This document shows, piece after piece, positions 35,417 to 35,642 of a stretch of 35,642 nucleotides of DNA. Position numbers and translations under genes: made by a program. The stretch is from Chiloscyllium plagiosum. Taxonomy: Eukaryota. The DNA is taken from NCBI RefSeq assembly GCF_004010195.1, contig NC_057718.1:21753464-21789105 (forward strand), read 5' to 3'. Position 1 is the first letter of the stretch; every line of letters begins with the position of its first letter. The notes under the pieces are model-generated. The model was given only the letters and a program-made list of their open reading frames with translations, did no database searches and was not told the origin of the DNA.

Positions 35417-35642
35417 TTAGATTAGATTAGATTACAGTGTGGAAACAGGCCCTTCGGCCCAACAAGTCCACACCGACCCGCCGAAGCGAAACCCACCCAT
35501 ACCCCTACATTTACCCCTTACCTAACATTACGGGCAATTTAGTATGGCCAATTCACCTAACCTGCACATCTTTGGACTGTGGGAGGAAACCGGAGCACCC
35601 GGAGGAAACCCACGCAGACACGGGGAGAACGTGCAAACTCCA
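35417..35642 (-). mobile_element. V-SINE / HE1-like shark SINE; 5' part lies outside the window
   Basis: Minus strand has the V-domain-like TGGAGTTTGCACGTTCTCCCCGTGTCTGCGTGGGTTTCCTCCGGGTGCTCCGGTTTCCTCCCACAGTCCAAAGATGTGCAGGTTAGG, a CR1-type tail and a (TCTAA)n end. CpGs are retained, so it looks young. Confidence 0.85.

Overview
Eukaryotic, AT-rich vertebrate DNA. The repeat content (V-SINE/HE1-like and DeuSINE-like SINEs, CR1 LINEs, Penelope-like termini) suggests a shark or other elasmobranch; this is an inference. The window holds the 5' half of the cobalamin-dependent methionine synthase gene MTR on the minus strand. There is a CpG-rich promoter at about 33.1-33.45 kb, the start ATG at 33148, and 16 coding exons with canonical GT-AG boundaries. 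The exons splice into an open 1695-nt frame (565 codons) covering the homocysteine/Zn-binding domain and most of the folate-binding domain; the gene continues past position 1. The introns are full of decayed and nested retroelements. The most striking non-coding signal is a family of short Penelope-like terminal-repeat elements carrying minimal hammerhead-ribozyme cores (CUGAnGA-stem II-GAAACGUC). These include a near-perfect 281-bp palindrome with a 13-15-bp target-site duplication (TSD) in intron 1, an inverted insertion with a 16-bp TSD in intron 13, and a 35-bp fragment between two 96-bp direct repeats in intron 3. A CR1 LINE with twin-priming-type 5' inversion and a solo LTR are nested in an older LINE in intron 12. 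Repeat family names come from recalled motifs, not database searches, and boundaries of old repeats are approximate.
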